A stretch of DNA of 64,000 bases from Setoptus koraiensis (Eukaryota > Animalia > Arthropoda). The notes below the pieces were generated by a model. It was not told where the DNA came from. It made no database searches and saw nothing but the letters and a program-made list of their open reading frames with translations. Of this stretch, positions 20,835 to 35,337 are shown piece by piece (the first letter of the stretch is position 1; each line of letters starts with the position of its first letter). Location of the stretch: NCBI GenBank assembly GCA_048013815.1, contig CM106586.1, positions 3,410,001 through 3,474,000 of the forward strand, written 5' to 3'. The translations under genes were made by a program, and so were the position numbers.

Positions 20835-23800
20835 TTGTTATTAATCAGACACTCGCCTATGAGCATCATGGCATCACCTATCAGTCATCTGATAGAGTTA
20901 CTAGTCGAGGACGTCAAGCAGGTCATAGATTGGATTGATACGCACGGTGAGGGCTTCCTCAACAAGCATGTTGGCGTCGGTAGGAATCTCCAAAAAGCTA
21001 AAGCCCTGCAGAGGTCATACGAGCATTTTGATTCGGTTGCCCAAAACACTTACACAAATGCAGAGAAACTATTGGCTGCCGCACACGAACTAGCACAAAC
21101 GGGATCTTGTAATGCTCAGGAAATGTGTCAATTGGCCAATGATCTAGATGTCAGAATCCAACAATTTGCGCGCAAAGTCGATCAACGAAAAAATTTGCTC
21201 AACCTAGTTGTTACATTCTATAGCGAAGAGGCACGTATTTCTCATCGTCTCGATCACTTTAAGCAATTATTAACAGTGATTGAAGCCTCTAGTCTGCAAT
21301 GTCCAGATTCCGTAGAGTCTGCAAAAGATGCCATTGCGCAGCTAGACAAAAAGCGTACTGTTGTCGAACTGGTGAAAAAGATGATCAGTCAAGGCGAGAC
21401 CATTCTGAATCAGTTGAGAAATAGATATTCAGAACTAGTCCCCGTTAATAGATCAATAACATCAATCAACAGCCAGCAATCACAATATTCCAATCTAAGT
21501 TATAAGCAGACGAGTGCTTCGGTTAACGGTGTTGTTTCAGTCAATAACCAAACATCACAAATTCCCTGTAGTCAATCTATGAGAACACCTTCACAAACCC
21601 GCCTGACGCAACCAGGTCATGCTTCAAACTCTAATATTTCTCCTCTATGTAGTCCACAACCGGCACACTCATCATCATCATCATCATCACCATCAGCGTC
21701 CCCTTTGACTTCGCTCGTTGTATCAATAACAGCCATTGAAAATATTGTCACTAGATTGACCAATGATCTCAGCAAGGTCGAAGAACTTTATGATAGCCAC
21801 AAGAAAGGCTTGGATCTTTGCTTACAATTTAAAAAGTATGAGCGAGATGTCTTGAATGCGTCAAAAAATTTAGATCTTAACATAGGAGATATGCAGAACA
21901 CTCCTCAAAAACTGCCAGATATACAAAATGTTGAATCTGGAGAAAGATTACTTAGATTGCACAACACGACAAGTCGAAAACTGAGAGAGTTAGTTTTTGA
22001 AATAATCAAAAATGGTCATGAACTCTTGGAATCTATCAAAACCGAATCATGCGGTATCGTCATCGATAATAATCATAGCGCACTCAGTCAAGTGAGTATG
22101 CTTGTTGATTATATGAATGCTAAAGCCTTGGAAGCGGAAGAACTTTCCGAAGCCAGACGATTGCACATAGAGCATTCGATAAAATTTAGACGTTTTGAAA
22201 AGGACGCCCAGCAAGTTCAATCTTGGATAAGAAATGGGGAGTCCATGTTGGCTGCTTCAATACAAATTCCCATGTCACTAAAAGAGGCGGAGGAGCTACA
22301 ATCTACTCATGATAGATTTAAGCAAGCGTTTGAAAAATCACTTGCAAGCACTAGTCAGTTCAAAAATCGAGCCCAGTCCCTAATAGAGGCAGATTATTTT
22401 GAAGAGGACAGCATCAATGAGATTACCTCGGAGGTTGATTTAATGTGGCAGCAACTAATGACTCATGCTGAGGATCGCCACAAACTAATAAAAGCTTCGA
22501 TAAACTTTTACCGAACCTCAGAACAAGTAAGAAGTGTTTTGGAGAGTTTAGAAAGAGATTATCAAAGGGAGGAGGATTATTGTGGAATATCAAGGTATAA
22601 CTCTCGATCAGTTGCAGAATGCTTAACTATGCCAGTCGACGTACCTACAGGTAGTGAATCTATCAATTGCCAAACTTCCTCCAATGGTAACTTTTCGAAT
22701 CTAGTGGATAAAAAACATCTTTTAATCCAGCAGCATCAATTAAAACATCGTGAGCAAAAAGAAGCTTTCCTCAAAGCGTGCACATTGGTAAGACGAAATT
22801 CTGAAACTTTTCTCAAGTATTCAGTCAGATGTGCTAATAGATCTCATACATCAAATGCATTAGAATCTGCAAATAATTTAGTTAGAAATGCCGAATCTAG
22901 AGTAAAAAATGAGTTGGAACAAATATTGAAGCAAGAGAACCGTGTTCTCGGTTATTGGTCTCAACGTAAAACTCAATTAGATCACTGTCAACAGTTTACT
23001 TTGGTTGAAAATTGTGCGCGTCACGCTCTAGAATGGTTGAGAGATATCGGCGACGAGTTTCTATCTAGACCCGAAACGCCAAGCTATGAACAATATAAAG
23101 AATTTGAGCAATCATACATTGGGACAGAAGATAAAGTCAAGAAACTGATTCATGAGAGTATCAATCTCACAGAGAGAGGTCATTCTCATGCTAATCTATT
23201 GCGTGAATGTATCAAATATCTCGACAATCAGTTCAATGAATTTTCTGGTAGGTTGACTAACTACAAAAACGTTATATTTTCCAGTCAATCAGTGAGAAGT
23301 TTGCCCAGCATCACAAAGAATTACATGAACACACGACAAACTGAGTCCGATATTGTATGCAACCATAAAGAGGATTCAGGTTTCAGTACTCAAGAGAACT
23401 CAAGCGTTCATCCGAAGGAATGCAATGCTGTTGTAACCGATAGACTCTCTTACTCCGAAGTAGAGAGTCACAGCACCTCTAAAGAGACTGGATATTCTTC
23501 AGCATCGTCTTCTATATCATGGAACGCGGATAGAACTGTCAGTAGAACATCGTTTGTTTCTCCAGGTTCGTCTGTAGTAGATGGGTGTACGGTGGAAAAT
23601 TTGGCATCGACAAATTCAAAAGCCCATTTACCGAGTTTAATCGATCAGCAGAAGAGAAAGAGTTTAAAGAAGAAAGAATTTATCATGGCGGAGTTGTTAA
23701 GTACTGAAAGAGCATATGTAAAAGATCTGGAATCCTGCATAAATGTCTATTTGAAAGAGTACAGGGACAACCAATCTCTTCCCGAAGGTATACGAGGGAA

Positions 23801-25256
23801 AGAAAAAATCATTTTTGGAAATATAGAAGAGATCTTCAAATTTCACCAAAACACTTTCTTGAAAGAACTAGAGAAGTATGAGACTATGCCCGAAGATGTC
23901 GGACATTGTTTTGTAACTTGGGCTAAGAGTTTTGACGTTTACGTTGAATATTGTAAAAATAAGCCTGAATCCAATCAAGTCATCGTTCAACATAGTGGAA
24001 ATTTCTTCGAGTCTATTCAACAGCAATATAAAATACTTCATCCAACATCCACCCTATCCAATATCCAATCCTATTTGATCAAGCCAGTACAAAGAGTAAC
24101 CAAGTATCGGCTCCTTTTGGATGATCTTCTTCAATCGTGTAGCGAATCAGGTCAAAATGAGATCAAAGACGGTTTAGAAGTAATGATGTCAGTACCCAAA
24201 AAGGCCAATGACGCAATGCATCTGAGCATGTTGGTCGATTGTGATGTTCCAATATCATCTTTGGGCGAAGTTGTTCTTCAAGATAGCTTTCAAGTAACCG
24301 ACTCGAAGTCTCTACTAAGAAAGATTAGAGAACGACGCATATTCCTTTTCGAATTTTATTTAGTTTTCGCCAAAGAAGTCAAGGTCGAATCTTCCCAGCA
24401 AAAAGGAAAATACCAATTTAGGAACAAAGTGATTCTTTCAGACATAGTCAACATCTTAGATAATAACAATTGTGATGGTGGTAACGATGGTACAAAATTT
24501 GCTATTGTTCACTGCAACAGATCTCCAACTTCACGTGATACGACCAGCAAGATAGTCTTAAAAGCAAATAACATAGATACAAAGAATTTATGGGTCAAAA
24601 CGCATAGGGAATTGATTGATGACGCTTACATTTCTACAATAAATCTACGCAAAAAAGATATCAGCACCAACGAGACAACGATAGATGAAAACTTGGGCTC
24701 ACGTCAGACTATATCATCTACTACTTCTAGCGACTATAACGGAAGCAACGAAACCAGTAATGGCTCAATGATATCTAATCAGAGTATACCAGAAAAACGC
24801 CGTGGTACCTTCACAAAGTGGTTGACAAATCCAATGCGAAAGCTAAGCAGTATAACACATGATCAAGTAAAAGATGCTAGCAAGGATATGTATAGATTGA
24901 GGCTAAGGGATGAAGCCCAGCTATCAACAGTGAAAGGTGGCCAGTACCAAAGACACATCACAGAAAGTCACATCAGTGGTAACAGAAGTTCTATCAAAAA
25001 CAATAACAACAACAGTATCAAGTATAGTTGCAGTGCTGGCAATCACAATGGAGATAAATCGGAAACAGGTCCCGATGAGTTAATTAAGACTCATGACCCA
25101 CCGCATGACTCAGGTTCCGGCTGTGGGGTCAGCTTAGCAAGTACAGAGGAGGATGCTGATACAGAGTCAACTGACGTCGAACTACCTCCAGCAATGGCTA
25201 TCCAGCATAGAAATATTTCTATCCAAGATGCCTCTTTATGTTTGTACGCCGATTAA
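20835..25256 (+). CDS. trio: Trio/Kalirin-family RhoGEF, shortened: spectrin repeats plus one DH-PH tandem
   Basis: [23 protein letters not shown]...[11 protein letters not shown] (Trio spectrin repeat), [20 protein letters not shown] (DH), [16 protein letters not shown], a PH domain, and Trio motifs [11 protein letters not shown] and LPPAMAIQ. The true start codon is uncertain. Confidence 0.92.
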   Translation: MLLIRHSPMSIMASPISHLIELLVEDVKQVIDWIDTHGEGFLNKHVGVGRNLQKAKALQRSYEHFDSVAQNTYTNAEKLLAAAHELAQTGSCNAQEMCQLANDLDVRIQQFARKVDQRKNLLNLVVTFYSEEARISHRLDHFKQLLTVIEASSLQCPDSVESAKDAIAQLDKKRTVVELVKKMISQGETILNQLRNRYSELVPVNRSITSINSQQSQYSNLSYKQTSASVNGVVSVNNQTSQIPCSQSMRTPSQTRLTQPGHASNSNISPLCSPQPAHSSSSSSSPSASPLTSLVVSITAIENIVTRLTNDLSKVEELYDSHKKGLDLCLQFKKYERDVLNASKNLDLNIGDMQNTPQKLPDIQNVESGERLLRLHNTTSRKLRELVFEIIKNGHELLESIKTESCGIVIDNNHSALSQVSMLVDYMNAKALEAEELSEARRLHIEHSIKFRRFEKDAQQVQSWIRNGESMLAASIQIPMSLKEAEELQSTHDRFKQAFEKSLASTSQFKNRAQSLIEADYFEEDSINEITSEVDLMWQQLMTHAEDRHKLIKASINFYRTSEQVRSVLESLERDYQREEDYCGISRYNSRSVAECLTMPVDVPTGSESINCQTSSNGNFSNLVDKKHLLIQQHQLKHREQKEAFLKACTLVRRNSETFLKYSVRCANRSHTSNALESANNLVRNAESRVKNELEQILKQENRVLGYWSQRKTQLDHCQQFTLVENCARHALEWLRDIGDEFLSRPETPSYEQYKEFEQSYIGTEDKVKKLIHESINLTERGHSHANLLRECIKYLDNQFNEFSGRLTNYKNVIFSSQSVRSLPSITKNYMNTRQTESDIVCNHKEDSGFSTQENSSVHPKECNAVVTDRLSYSEVESHSTSKETGYSSASSSISWNADRTVSRTSFVSPGSSVVDGCTVENLASTNSKAHLPSLIDQQKRKSLKKKEFIMAELLSTERAYVKDLESCINVYLKEYRDNQSLPEGIRGKEKIIFGNIEEIFKFHQNTFLKELEKYETMPEDVGHCFVTWAKSFDVYVEYCKNKPESNQVIVQHSGNFFESIQQQYKILHPTSTLSNIQSYLIKPVQRVTKYRLLLDDLLQSCSESGQNEIKDGLEVMMSVPKKANDAMHLSMLVDCDVPISSLGEVVLQDSFQVTDSKSLLRKIRERRIFLFEFYLVFAKEVKVESSQQKGKYQFRNKVILSDIVNILDNNNCDGGNDGTKFAIVHCNRSPTSRDTTSKIVLKANNIDTKNLWVKTHRELIDDAYISTINLRKKDISTNETTIDENLGSRQTISSTTSSDYNGSNETSNGSMISNQSIPEKRRGTFTKWLTNPMRKLSSITHDQVKDASKDMYRLRLRDEAQLSTVKGGQYQRHITESHISGNRSSIKNNNNNSIKYSCSAGNHNGDKSETGPDELIKTHDPPHDSGSGCGVSLASTEEDADTESTDVELPPAMAIQHRNISIQDASLCLYAD

Positions 25257-25892
25257 TTGTTTGTAACTAGAAAAAAAAGAACTACAAGATTGAATACAAA
25301 CTTACGATTTTGCGTGACTCTCACGAAGGACAAATTTTTCGCCCTTAAATAATGAATGCTCTACTATTAATCGGGTTACTTCGTTTGCAAAAGCCAGAGG
25401 TTTTGTCATGTTTCTTCATTCCCAAGCCCGTTTTTTGTCAACTTTTTGCAGTATCTAGAGAATCTAAGAGATCTCTCTTGACTATTTAGAGAATAGTATC
25501 TAGTACAGTATAGTCTTTCTGACAGAATTTTCGGCAAATGATTGGCATAGTTGAGGCTTCCTCAACACATCAAAGAGAACAATTCTAGTCTATTACCATG
25601 CTTACCATACTCTGGTGATAATGTCAACGAGAGGGAGCCCAAAAAATCACATGGCCCAATGGTGGCGCACTAACAAGCGCAACAGTGCACACATGTTGTT
25701 CTGGCAGAGGACAATGGGCTACGTTCAGCGCCAAAATGTTTTGTGTTTTGTTTAGTTTTGTTTTGAATCTCTACTTGCGTTGTTCGCGTCCACCGTGGAT
25801 ACTTTGATATAATCAAAATATTTTTTTAAAATCACCATTTTTACTTTATTCTATCGTCTTGATTTTTAATTTATTTCTGAGTTATCAACAAC

Positions 25893-27404
25893 ATGGCCAA
25901 CAAACAAATGGACGGACGACAACGATTGTCAAAGATGTTACAGATTCACGGTTACAGTGCCTGTCGCGAAGCTCTTATATTGTTGGACGATCACTATACG
26001 AGCTCCAGAGGTTACGAATCAATGGAGGATTTTATAACTCAACTCAATTCAATCATCACATTCGAAACCGAAGCTGACTCTTCAGTGATAGACCCAGAGC
26101 TAGCTTATCTAGTTATACAGAAACTATGCAAAATAAAAGCTGAGGATGAGGAAGCAACAGCAGGAGTGGTGCCTGCTATCACTACTAGTAAAATTATCGA
26201 AGTGAAAAATGTGCAATATAACCAGACAATACAAATCCTCGGCGAGCCAGTCAATGAGTTCAATATACATTATAATTTTCTACACAAAAAATTGAGCGCC
26301 TTGCCAATATTTCAGGGTGAATTTCAATTGACCAGTGTATATTCGCTAACAGCCTCATCACAGCCATCCACACGTTGCATTTGTTTTGGTCTGCTCACTA
26401 GGGATTTATCAAAAATTGATGGCTACACTCTAGTTGATAGCTCCGGCCGGGTGCCTCTCAGAATGACCGCTGACACGACATTCAGAAATAATTTAGTCTA
26501 TCTTAATTGTATAGTTCTCATAGAGGGTGTCTACATCAACCAAGATGATGTTCTGTACGCAGCAAAGATAGGCTATCCACCAGTGTTATTAGATCCAATC
26601 AAAAACAAAGCACTCTCTTTTGGTGACGATCAACTCGTCATAATATTACACGAAGTATTCTTAGACGACGAGGATGTCTGTCAAGCCTTGGGCACACTAT
26701 TCAATGGCTACAATAGTATGGATGAACCGCCTGCCATATTCGTTCTAATTGGGAACTTTACCAGAGAACCTTGCACAGATAAAGTTAAATTCAAAGACTA
26801 CATGAAGAAATTGATTAAAATTTGGCGGGAATGTGGCAATCTCAGTAAATCGCACATGGTATTAATACCAGGACCTCATGACTGCAATTCTTTGCCTCTA
26901 CCAAAACCGCCATTAACTCGCGATCACTTCCCCACCAATCTCGCCAAAATGATAAAGTTCAAGAGTGTTCATTTGGCCACTAATCCTGTCGATATTTATT
27001 TCGGAGATAGAAAGTTCACTGTCATAAGTCAATCGTATATCAAGGAATTGAACAAGAACATTCTTCATGATATGACGGATCGACGTGAGGAACTGTTTGA
27101 GACAATCAGGCAAGTGATGCTCTCCAACGCTCACCTATCCGCTGGCACCACCAGATCTTACTCAAGTTCACTCAAACTATGGCACAAACCAGATCTTCTG
27201 ATTCTCGCTGATCCCGAGGCATTTGGACGAAAATATGATTATTGTAGCTCCAAGGCCGACGACACTTCATTTGCCACTATGCCGTCATTCTCGAGACAGT
27301 ATTTCCAATTCAGAGTTTATTATCCCAGAACTGGTGAGATAGAAGATTCGCAGATAAGCACCGAGGAATTTGAAGGTGAAGAGGAAGACATGGAGACGAA
27401 ATAG
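25893..27404 (+). CDS. POLE2: DNA polymerase epsilon subunit 2 (DPB2), intronless
   Basis: VILHEVFLDD, PPAIFVLIGNF, MVLIPGPHD, LPKPPL, LATNP and KPDLLILAD follow the motif order of the B-subunit phosphoesterase-like domain. Confidence 0.88.
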   Translation: MANKQMDGRQRLSKMLQIHGYSACREALILLDDHYTSSRGYESMEDFITQLNSIITFETEADSSVIDPELAYLVIQKLCKIKAEDEEATAGVVPAITTSKIIEVKNVQYNQTIQILGEPVNEFNIHYNFLHKKLSALPIFQGEFQLTSVYSLTASSQPSTRCICFGLLTRDLSKIDGYTLVDSSGRVPLRMTADTTFRNNLVYLNCIVLIEGVYINQDDVLYAAKIGYPPVLLDPIKNKALSFGDDQLVIILHEVFLDDEDVCQALGTLFNGYNSMDEPPAIFVLIGNFTREPCTDKVKFKDYMKKLIKIWRECGNLSKSHMVLIPGPHDCNSLPLPKPPLTRDHFPTNLAKMIKFKSVHLATNPVDIYFGDRKFTVISQSYIKELNKNILHDMTDRREELFETIRQVMLSNAHLSAGTTRSYSSSLKLWHKPDLLILADPEAFGRKYDYCSSKADDTSFATMPSFSRQYFQFRVYYPRTGEIEDSQISTEEFEGEEEDMETK

Positions 27405-29411
27405 AATGAATTTCCCTTGTTATACGGACACCCAATCTGGTTATCGTTCCTATCCTACGAAATCATAGGCTAATGATGAGAATCTTAGATTAAACAGTGC
27501 CATGTGGGCACAGGAATCTCCGGTGAAGATATGGACTCTTTGAAGTCATCTACGATGGCAGTTTTTCAGTATTTTCTGACCTAGTTCTTGAATGGGTAAC
27601 CTCATGCTTGTCGAGATTGTTCAAGTTTACCCATGTGTGAAATACTTGCAGAAGTTTACTTCAAAATTTCTCTCGCATCTATCGTCTCCATGAGCACATG
27701 TGCTTTTGAGGACATGATTGATAATACTTGATGTCATTCGAATGAATGAACGTGAGAATCCTACCATCCTCAAACACATTACTATAGCAGAGTGAAACGC
27801 TGAGAAGAAAACTATACAATAAATGGGGGAGAATTCCACCTATTACTCATCGTTTAAAACATTTATATATATATATATATATATATCCGTTGATCGTTAA
27901 GTGATATATGCTACGTTAGTTAGTTAAGCTCGGGCATGAATGTGGACGGGTGGAATTCATTCATTCATTCATTCATTTTTGTAACCATTGAGCGTGCATT
28001 ATGAATGAGATAATTCACGATTGTTGTTTATGTTGTCTCATGCTTGAGACATGTATCAAATACTAATGTTTCCAATGTATGTGTTCTATTGAATAGAATC
28101 CATTCCATATAATTGGTGAAGCTGTGTATAATAGATAGTGCGGAGTGAGGGTACAGGGGGCGTCAAGTTGAGACCAATAATGGCGCGCTGCACTGTTTCT
28201 CATCATGCCGCAAATAACGAGCAATGATAATAAGTGTGTCTCAACTGTCATCAGACGCCTCAGAGTTTACGTAAGAGTGCCACGATGGGACAGTTCCGAC
28301 GGGCTGGCGGGTGCCACTGAGGCGCAGTCTGAGGGTTAAGTTTGCCTCTATTTGTGTAGAGTGATATATATTATAAAATAAACAAACTACAGTAGTTTTA
28401 TAATCACACTTGAAAGAGTTCTTTTTGATAGACCACACTATACATATAATAGAGCCCATAAAGTTTACACATGAAACTGTTACACTTGCCGATTGTTTGC
28501 CTCGGCGCTCCTCAAGGTTTGCTTCGAAAGTTCTGTATCATTCGAATGGTTTGAAACAATTCGAAGCTTGCAAGTTGCGACTGGCTAAGTAATGGCTGCC
28601 GCCATAATCTCACGTGATCCATGGTGTCCGCTGATGTTGTGCAACTGTTGTCGGCGTGATACATAGTTTATCTTGGCATTATTCACGATAGAGTGTACGC
28701 GCCAATTTAGAGTTGACACGGTGCATTTACGACATGGCGCAGGAACGCGACGTCTGTGCTATCTTACTATTTGTAGAATTGCACCATCGTGGCACACGAG
28801 TGATGCACATTGCCCATATTGTTGTGGCGCTTGCAGCGCAAAACTCTAGACAGGGTTTTTTAGCATTTCTGGAGCACTCCAGCTTGGAACTGCTGGATGC
28901 GAGCACTCAAACCCTGACTTCATCAGTGGTGTGTTTGGCAGTGGCGCAATTCGGTGATTAGCACTGCAGATGTGCAAAAAAAGAACAATTCTCCCTGCCG
29001 CGGGGCACAGAAGCACTAGCACACTTGTATTGGCACACGATGGTGGAATTGATGCCACCACACACTCACACACACACACAGAGACAAACATCACGCATTA
29101 CATCGGCACCTTCCACGCCACAACTCTTCTTGACCACCAGATGATCTCTTCGTATTTATATTATTTATATTAATAGAAACCGGTGGCTTTTTACCTGTAT
29201 TTGAGGACCACAGTTACATTCGCAATCATCTTTAGTCACCAATCATTGGGATCAACAGCTAACTTTCGAGAGAATCTTACAATCCGACCTGGACCAAACT
29301 ATCCATAATATTCATCATAAACATTGGCAATCCTCAGTTGAACCATTGTGCGTTTTATTGCATATTAATCACGCGGCTTGAGCCCCAACATCTGACACAG
29401 GGATAGCAAGG

Positions 29412-31987
29412 ATGCCACATAACGATAGGAGAAAAATGGACGAGGCCACATTTATAGATCTCTTGTACAGACGGGTGCACGCCGAGAGACAAAAGTCTGA
29501 AAACTTTCATCACTTTCCACGTTTATTTGTCAAAACAGATCCAAATAGTGAGTCAAGCGAGCCATTTGTGCTGCAACCTAGCTTGTTCAGCCATCTGCCT
29601 CCAACAATTTACTTTGAATCTAAACTAAACGACAACTGTCGACCGCCAATAGCGCTACCGAAGAATTTAAAATCGCATTTCAGATGGAAAATATCCACCA
29701 TAACGCCCAACTCAATACGAAACTGTATATTATTTATGGGTTTTGACACAATAAAACCCATGAACAACACTGACGACAACTGGCTGGGCGCCTGGTGCCG
29801 ACACATGCTAACAACGGATTTTGCCAAGCTACACAATTGGCAAAAAGTCAACCATTACCCGGGAAGCTTTCATTTGGGCAGAAAGGACAAGCTGTGGCAC
29901 AAGATCAACGCTATGCTTTTGAAACACGGCCAAGATACAATTGGAGAATTCCATCCTAGAACTTTTGTTTTGCCACGCGATTATTCATCATTGGAGGACT
30001 ACTGGACCAAGTCACCGTCTAAATTGTTCATTATAAAACCGCCCGCATCGGCAAGAGGAAACGGCATAACAGTCATCAATTCAATTGACCAAATACCTCC
30101 ATCAGCGCTAGAACCACCCGTTATAGATGGACAACCAAGCAAAAAGTCCACCCTTATAGTGCAACAATACATATCTAATCCGTGCTTGTTGGCTAACCGA
30201 CAAAAATTCGATTTAAGAATATATGTTCTATTGACGTCGATTGACCCCCTTAGACTATATGTTTTCGAAGATGGTCTCGTTAGATTTGCAACGGTACAAT
30301 ACTCACACCAAGAGGATGGATTGATAGATCAATACATGCACTTGACCAATTATTCTGTAAACAAAAAGAGTGAAAGTTACATGATCAATAACGACAGTAA
30401 CTCTTTAGACGGATGTAAGTGGACTCTAAAAACATTTTGGAGGTACCTACGCGAGAAACACCCACATATAAAAGTGGACCAACTGTGGAAATCTATGATT
30501 GATATTGTTATCAAGACTGTTATCAGCTGTGAAGGACCAATATTTAGATTAGCTTCGCAACATTGTAAAAATGATTATACAGCTTATGAATTATTCGGAT
30601 TTGATATAATTCTGGACCAAAATTTTAAACCTTGGATACTGGAAGTCAACATCACACCCAGTTTGAAATCAGAGTCTGCACTTGACACTAGTGTTAAAAG
30701 TTGTGTTATTAGAGGTAAGTTTCTTAATTCAAACTATACGATAGTGTGCGTTGTTAACACTTGTATGTGCCTGAGATGATTAAACAAATACAAGTCAGGA
30801 AAAGAAAAGAGAGAGAGAGTAAACTTGAATTTAGTAAAAGCTATCAAGAGTTAAAAAAGCTGGATAACATGAATCAACACAGAACAACAACAAAAATAAT
30901 CAAGGCTATCCGCCTTATCAAAACTGGCGGGTCAAGGTTACACAACTCGTAATTATTATTATAATAATAGCAGAAGTGAATTAACACCGCAACAACAACA
31001 ACAACAACAATCACTAACACCACAGTACAGCGAGCACAATCATTATGATATCAACTACCCACTTCCCGTACTCTAGATATCTTCAATAATCACATGAATG
31101 TCTTTCTTTGATCTTGATTTTTACACTAGATGCTAATTTTCAAGAGTAACTAAAACGATTTGTGGGGGAAGTAGGCCTGTGTGCTTGAAATCGTTGCTCG
31201 TCTTACTAGTTGTGATGGTTGTATTAATCAACCAAATTGTTTACCTTTACATGAAGAACCAGAAATGAGCTCTCAAGACTAACCGACTATATATCTATTC
31301 TATTCTCTCCTTTTCTTTGTTGATTCGCATCAAACGTACATACTGTGTATATTCGTGCCGAAAAAAACACACGAATTCTAGACATGTTCAATATTGTTGG
31401 ATATAACCTGCCTCCACAAGCTGCCAACCACTCAAAACTCGATCCTTCCCTTGCTGGTTCCGTTGCTTCTGGGCATAATGCTAATAATAGTTCACATCTT
31501 AGCTTCGATGAGCGAATCTATCAAAGTAATCTCAACAAAGATGACAAGATTAAACATATCCGTTATCTTAGACAGGCTAGAAGCCTTAACACACATTTCA
31601 ATAGTTCCCCTGTGGTAGTAGCAAATGGTACGGGAATCAATCCAAGTTACAGTGATGGCTGCAGATGTAAACTGCCATCTCAAGCCACGGTAGCGACAAC
31701 TCTAGTGCAACAGGTTCCATCTGCTAATTCCATGGTGGCATCATCTTATAACGATGTTGATGTTGATAAACATGACGGCCATCATTTTTCTATTCTAGAG
31801 AACTTAACTCCTAATGATGTGCGCATCCTCATGCTAAGCGAAGATGAACTTTCACGTTGCGGCCAATTCATTAGGGTGTTTCCAAGTCAAACTAGCCATA
31901 AATACTTGAGCTTGTTTTACAAGCCCCGTTATTCAAATCTATTATTGGACTCATGGGAGAGAAAGTATCACCAAAATCGATGCGAAG
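29412..31987 (+). CDS. TTLL4: Tubulin glutamylase TTLL4-like (exons 29412-30714 and 31382-31987; last exon not resolved)
   Basis: LPPTIYF, QKVNHYPGSFHLGRKD, IIKPPASARGNGI, KFDLRIYV, MHLTNYSVNK and ELFGFDIILD...LEVNITPSL. In-phase GTAAGT/AG junction to DMFNIVGY...EDELSRCGQFIRVFPS. Confidence 0.92.
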
Positions 31988-33626
31988 GTAAGTGCAACAA
32001 CAGCTATCCATTTACTCTATTTTTCTATGTCTCATTGCCGCGTTGATTCGGTAGTCGTTTGACTGCTCTAGTACACATGTGTGATGAAAGAGGAAGATAC
32101 TGATGTAATGGGTACAATTCGTATTCAAAAGTTGCGCAAGGTATAAAATAATCTGAGCCTCGCGGATACTGAGTCACGCGTACGGTCATACAGAGATATA
32201 GATGCAGGATTAGTCAGAAGGCTACTGACAGCATTGACATCATTGTATAGTAGAATGTAATAGTCCACAAGTTCTTCCCGTTATACAATCGCTATAACGG
32301 TCCCGTCATCAACTTGTCTAGTTGTTTCAGCGAAATTCCATTCTCAGTATGAGTGTCATGGGCACATTCTGTGAAAGTGAAGGCTAAATGTGGAAGTAAG
32401 CAAATGCTACAGTTGAGCTACTTATATTAATATTATTCTGACTGCAATCATAGCTTTCTGATCTCCAGTTTGAGAGAATCTTCACCCTATTTTTCGACCT
32501 TACTGCCAGACTAGACTTTACAACTACCGCTAATACGCAAGCAAGCTTCTTGGAAGCACAATTGCTTGAAAATCAACAACCAGAGCTATTATTGACAGAT
32601 GGTATTCTCGCTTCATGTTGACTCAGTTTCAAAAAGTCACTCACATGAAGATGCGTGTTGGAGGTGGGGTGCTGTTAGTTTGGACTTTAGTACTGCTACT
32701 CAGCAAGTAGCTTTAGTTGAGTTTGTATGTTGCAGCCACAGAGTAGAGTTATATCAGTTGTATCACGATCAACAATTAAGCTAACGCCGTTGAATGACTA
32801 AATATAACTAGCTCTCCTGATCTCTGTTGGTATTGACTGTTTAATTGTTAAGCTAAACTCAAGTTGAAACACAAACACAACAACTCTACCACCAACACAG
32901 CCACTAAGCCAAATAAACCGTTAGCAGCCATTCTGTGATCCTTGATTGTTGGGCTTGGTGACCCTGATTCTAGTGACAAGCTCATGATTCTAGGCCATCA
33001 ACCTTGAGTAGTTGTTACTTCAACTAACGACTGTATATGCATACATATATACTGTACTTGCTTGCTCGTTCATTCAGGCCCACCACGACAAAGTTTTGTC
33101 AGTTGTTTGTGTTTGTGTCTATGTCACTTGTTGTTATGGAATTCTCTTTCCTCTATCTTGTTGTTATTTTTGTTTTTCACTACCGATCATGATGATAACT
33201 CATAATGATGTATACTTGATGCAACAATAAATAGTGAAAGAACAACGCGGAGAAAGTGGACCCGTTATAACTATACAGCAAGCACTTTCACTTGTTGTAT
33301 TTATGCACAAAAAAAGCAAGATATGATTCTCGAGATTCACATTGCAGTAAATTGTTGTGCCCGCTGAACAGGTAGTAGTCCTCATAGACACGGCCTCTTG
33401 CGCCTGTTGTTATTTTCAAGTTACCTTTGGACAATTCCGCCATGACTACCATCGCTGTTAAATCTGTGTATGTGTGTTTATCTATCAACATTCCGGGACC
33501 CAATGTCATATGTAATTGAGTCCGGGAATGGCCTACAAACAATAACTGTGCAACGGTTTACGAGGTACGTCCGACAGCAAGCAGTTGGCCAGTTTTTATT
33601 ATTACTGCGGTGACAATTTTTGCCGT

Positions 33627-33657
<31 letters not shown>

Positions 33658-34120
33658 ATTTCCTAGCAATTAGGTCAGCCAGGAAAGGGTTCCGCTCACC
33701 TTACTTGTCTGTTTACTGTCGTGTAGTCGTTGCCGACGTTACTACTGCCTACTGTATTATAGTCTAGTCAAGCTGGATCGTGTTTACAGTTGCGACCATG
33801 CTCTAATAGATGACGGTAACCTTGACTTGGTCGTCGAAAGTGATGTATCGAGACAGTTGAATAGAGTTAGAGAAGGCGATGTAGGCGAACCAGGCAGTTA
33901 GCCTAATAAACAGGCTGCGTGCTGCCTAGATTGCCAGCTCGGGCTAGCGATAAGTGTGTAAGTGATGAACAGCGACACACAAAAACAGCACAACAACAAA
34001 TTTAAGGCGACTGAATATTATTAAATATATAATCATAGTAATAATAATAGAATAAGAATTTTAGTTGTTGTCATTATTGCTATTATTCAACCTTCACTTT
34101 CGTAACTTGCCGCTACACAC

Positions 34121-34160
<40 letters not shown>

Positions 34161-35029
34161 TGGACTATCTGAGTTAGACAGCCGTGAGCAGTGCCAAACA
34201 AGAGAGAGCGAGAGAGAGAACTGATAAATATAGCAACAGCAGTGAGAGTTGTTGTATTAGTGGAAAAGTTACTGTACATGTTGTTGTTGTTGTTGTTCTA
34301 ATGCAACTACTACTGTTGCCTATATGTAGCTACATAGCGATCGAGTTAGACACTGACATTGGCTCTGCTCGCTGCTGTAAGGTTGCAGTGATGGTATTAT
34401 TATTACATTATGTTTGTGTATAACTGTTTCTTCGCGCGCACTGTTCTCTTTAGCACTGCTACTACCACCTCCAACAGTACAGCTACACACACCACGGTTG
34501 CCTTGATAAAGAATGAGCTGTTGTAGTTGTGGTTGTTGTTTTTGTGTGTGCGTTTCAATGCTATTGACAGACACACAAACTGGCAAGGCCCCACAATGAG
34601 ACGCACACAACAAACTGCCGTTACCTTCAAATCTCTTCCTATATAATAATAACATATAGCTACTTATCCAACTGTTGCTCGCTATCTAGCCTGTCTGTCT
34701 GCCAGCCAGCCAGTCAGTGAGTCAGTCAGTCGGTCGGCTCGCTAGCTGGCTTTCTGTGTACAGTTAAGTACAGTTAGCTTTCGCTGGCTGTGTGTGTGTG
34801 TGTGTGTGTGCGTGTCTAGTTTAGGGTGCGCTATTTTTAGAATAAGGAACAAGAAGTGTGACGAACTTTTTTAACAATATGATTGTCGAACTGAAAATCA
34901 AGTTCACTACACTTACATATGCAAGCAAGGGCACGCTCGCAAGCTAGGTACTCCCCTCTGTGTATGCGCGAGTGTGTGTGTGTGTGTAGCACGTTAACTT
35001 TTATTTTGTGTGCCACTCGCGGACGAGCA

Positions 35030-35170
35030 AGCGAGCGAGCTAACGAACGAACGAACAAACGAACGAACGAACGAACGAGCGAACGAACAAACGAACGAAC
35101 GAGCAAACTGGCGAATTTGCGAACGAGCGAACCAACCAGCAAACCAACTGTCGAGCTAGCGAACGAACAA
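35030..35170. repeat. (AACG/AGCG)n tetranucleotide tract upstream of vrille
   Basis: Direct reading of the sequence. Confidence 0.9.
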
Positions 35171-35337
35171 TCGAGCGAATTAATTTAACTAACTGCGGAA
35201 AAACATTACCTCCCCTACCTTTCTCTCGATATATTCAACACAGGGGTGGCCTTGTTGCAGCAACTAGCCAAAGAGTGCTACCATTTGCAGTCTTCATCAT
35301 CGCCGTTGACGACGACCAACTCCACCACTAGTTAGTC

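Noticed and set aside
32048-33800. Last exon of TTLL4
   Set aside because: Several acceptors give short, plausible endings (for example DGILASC* near 32600). None can be chosen without cDNA.
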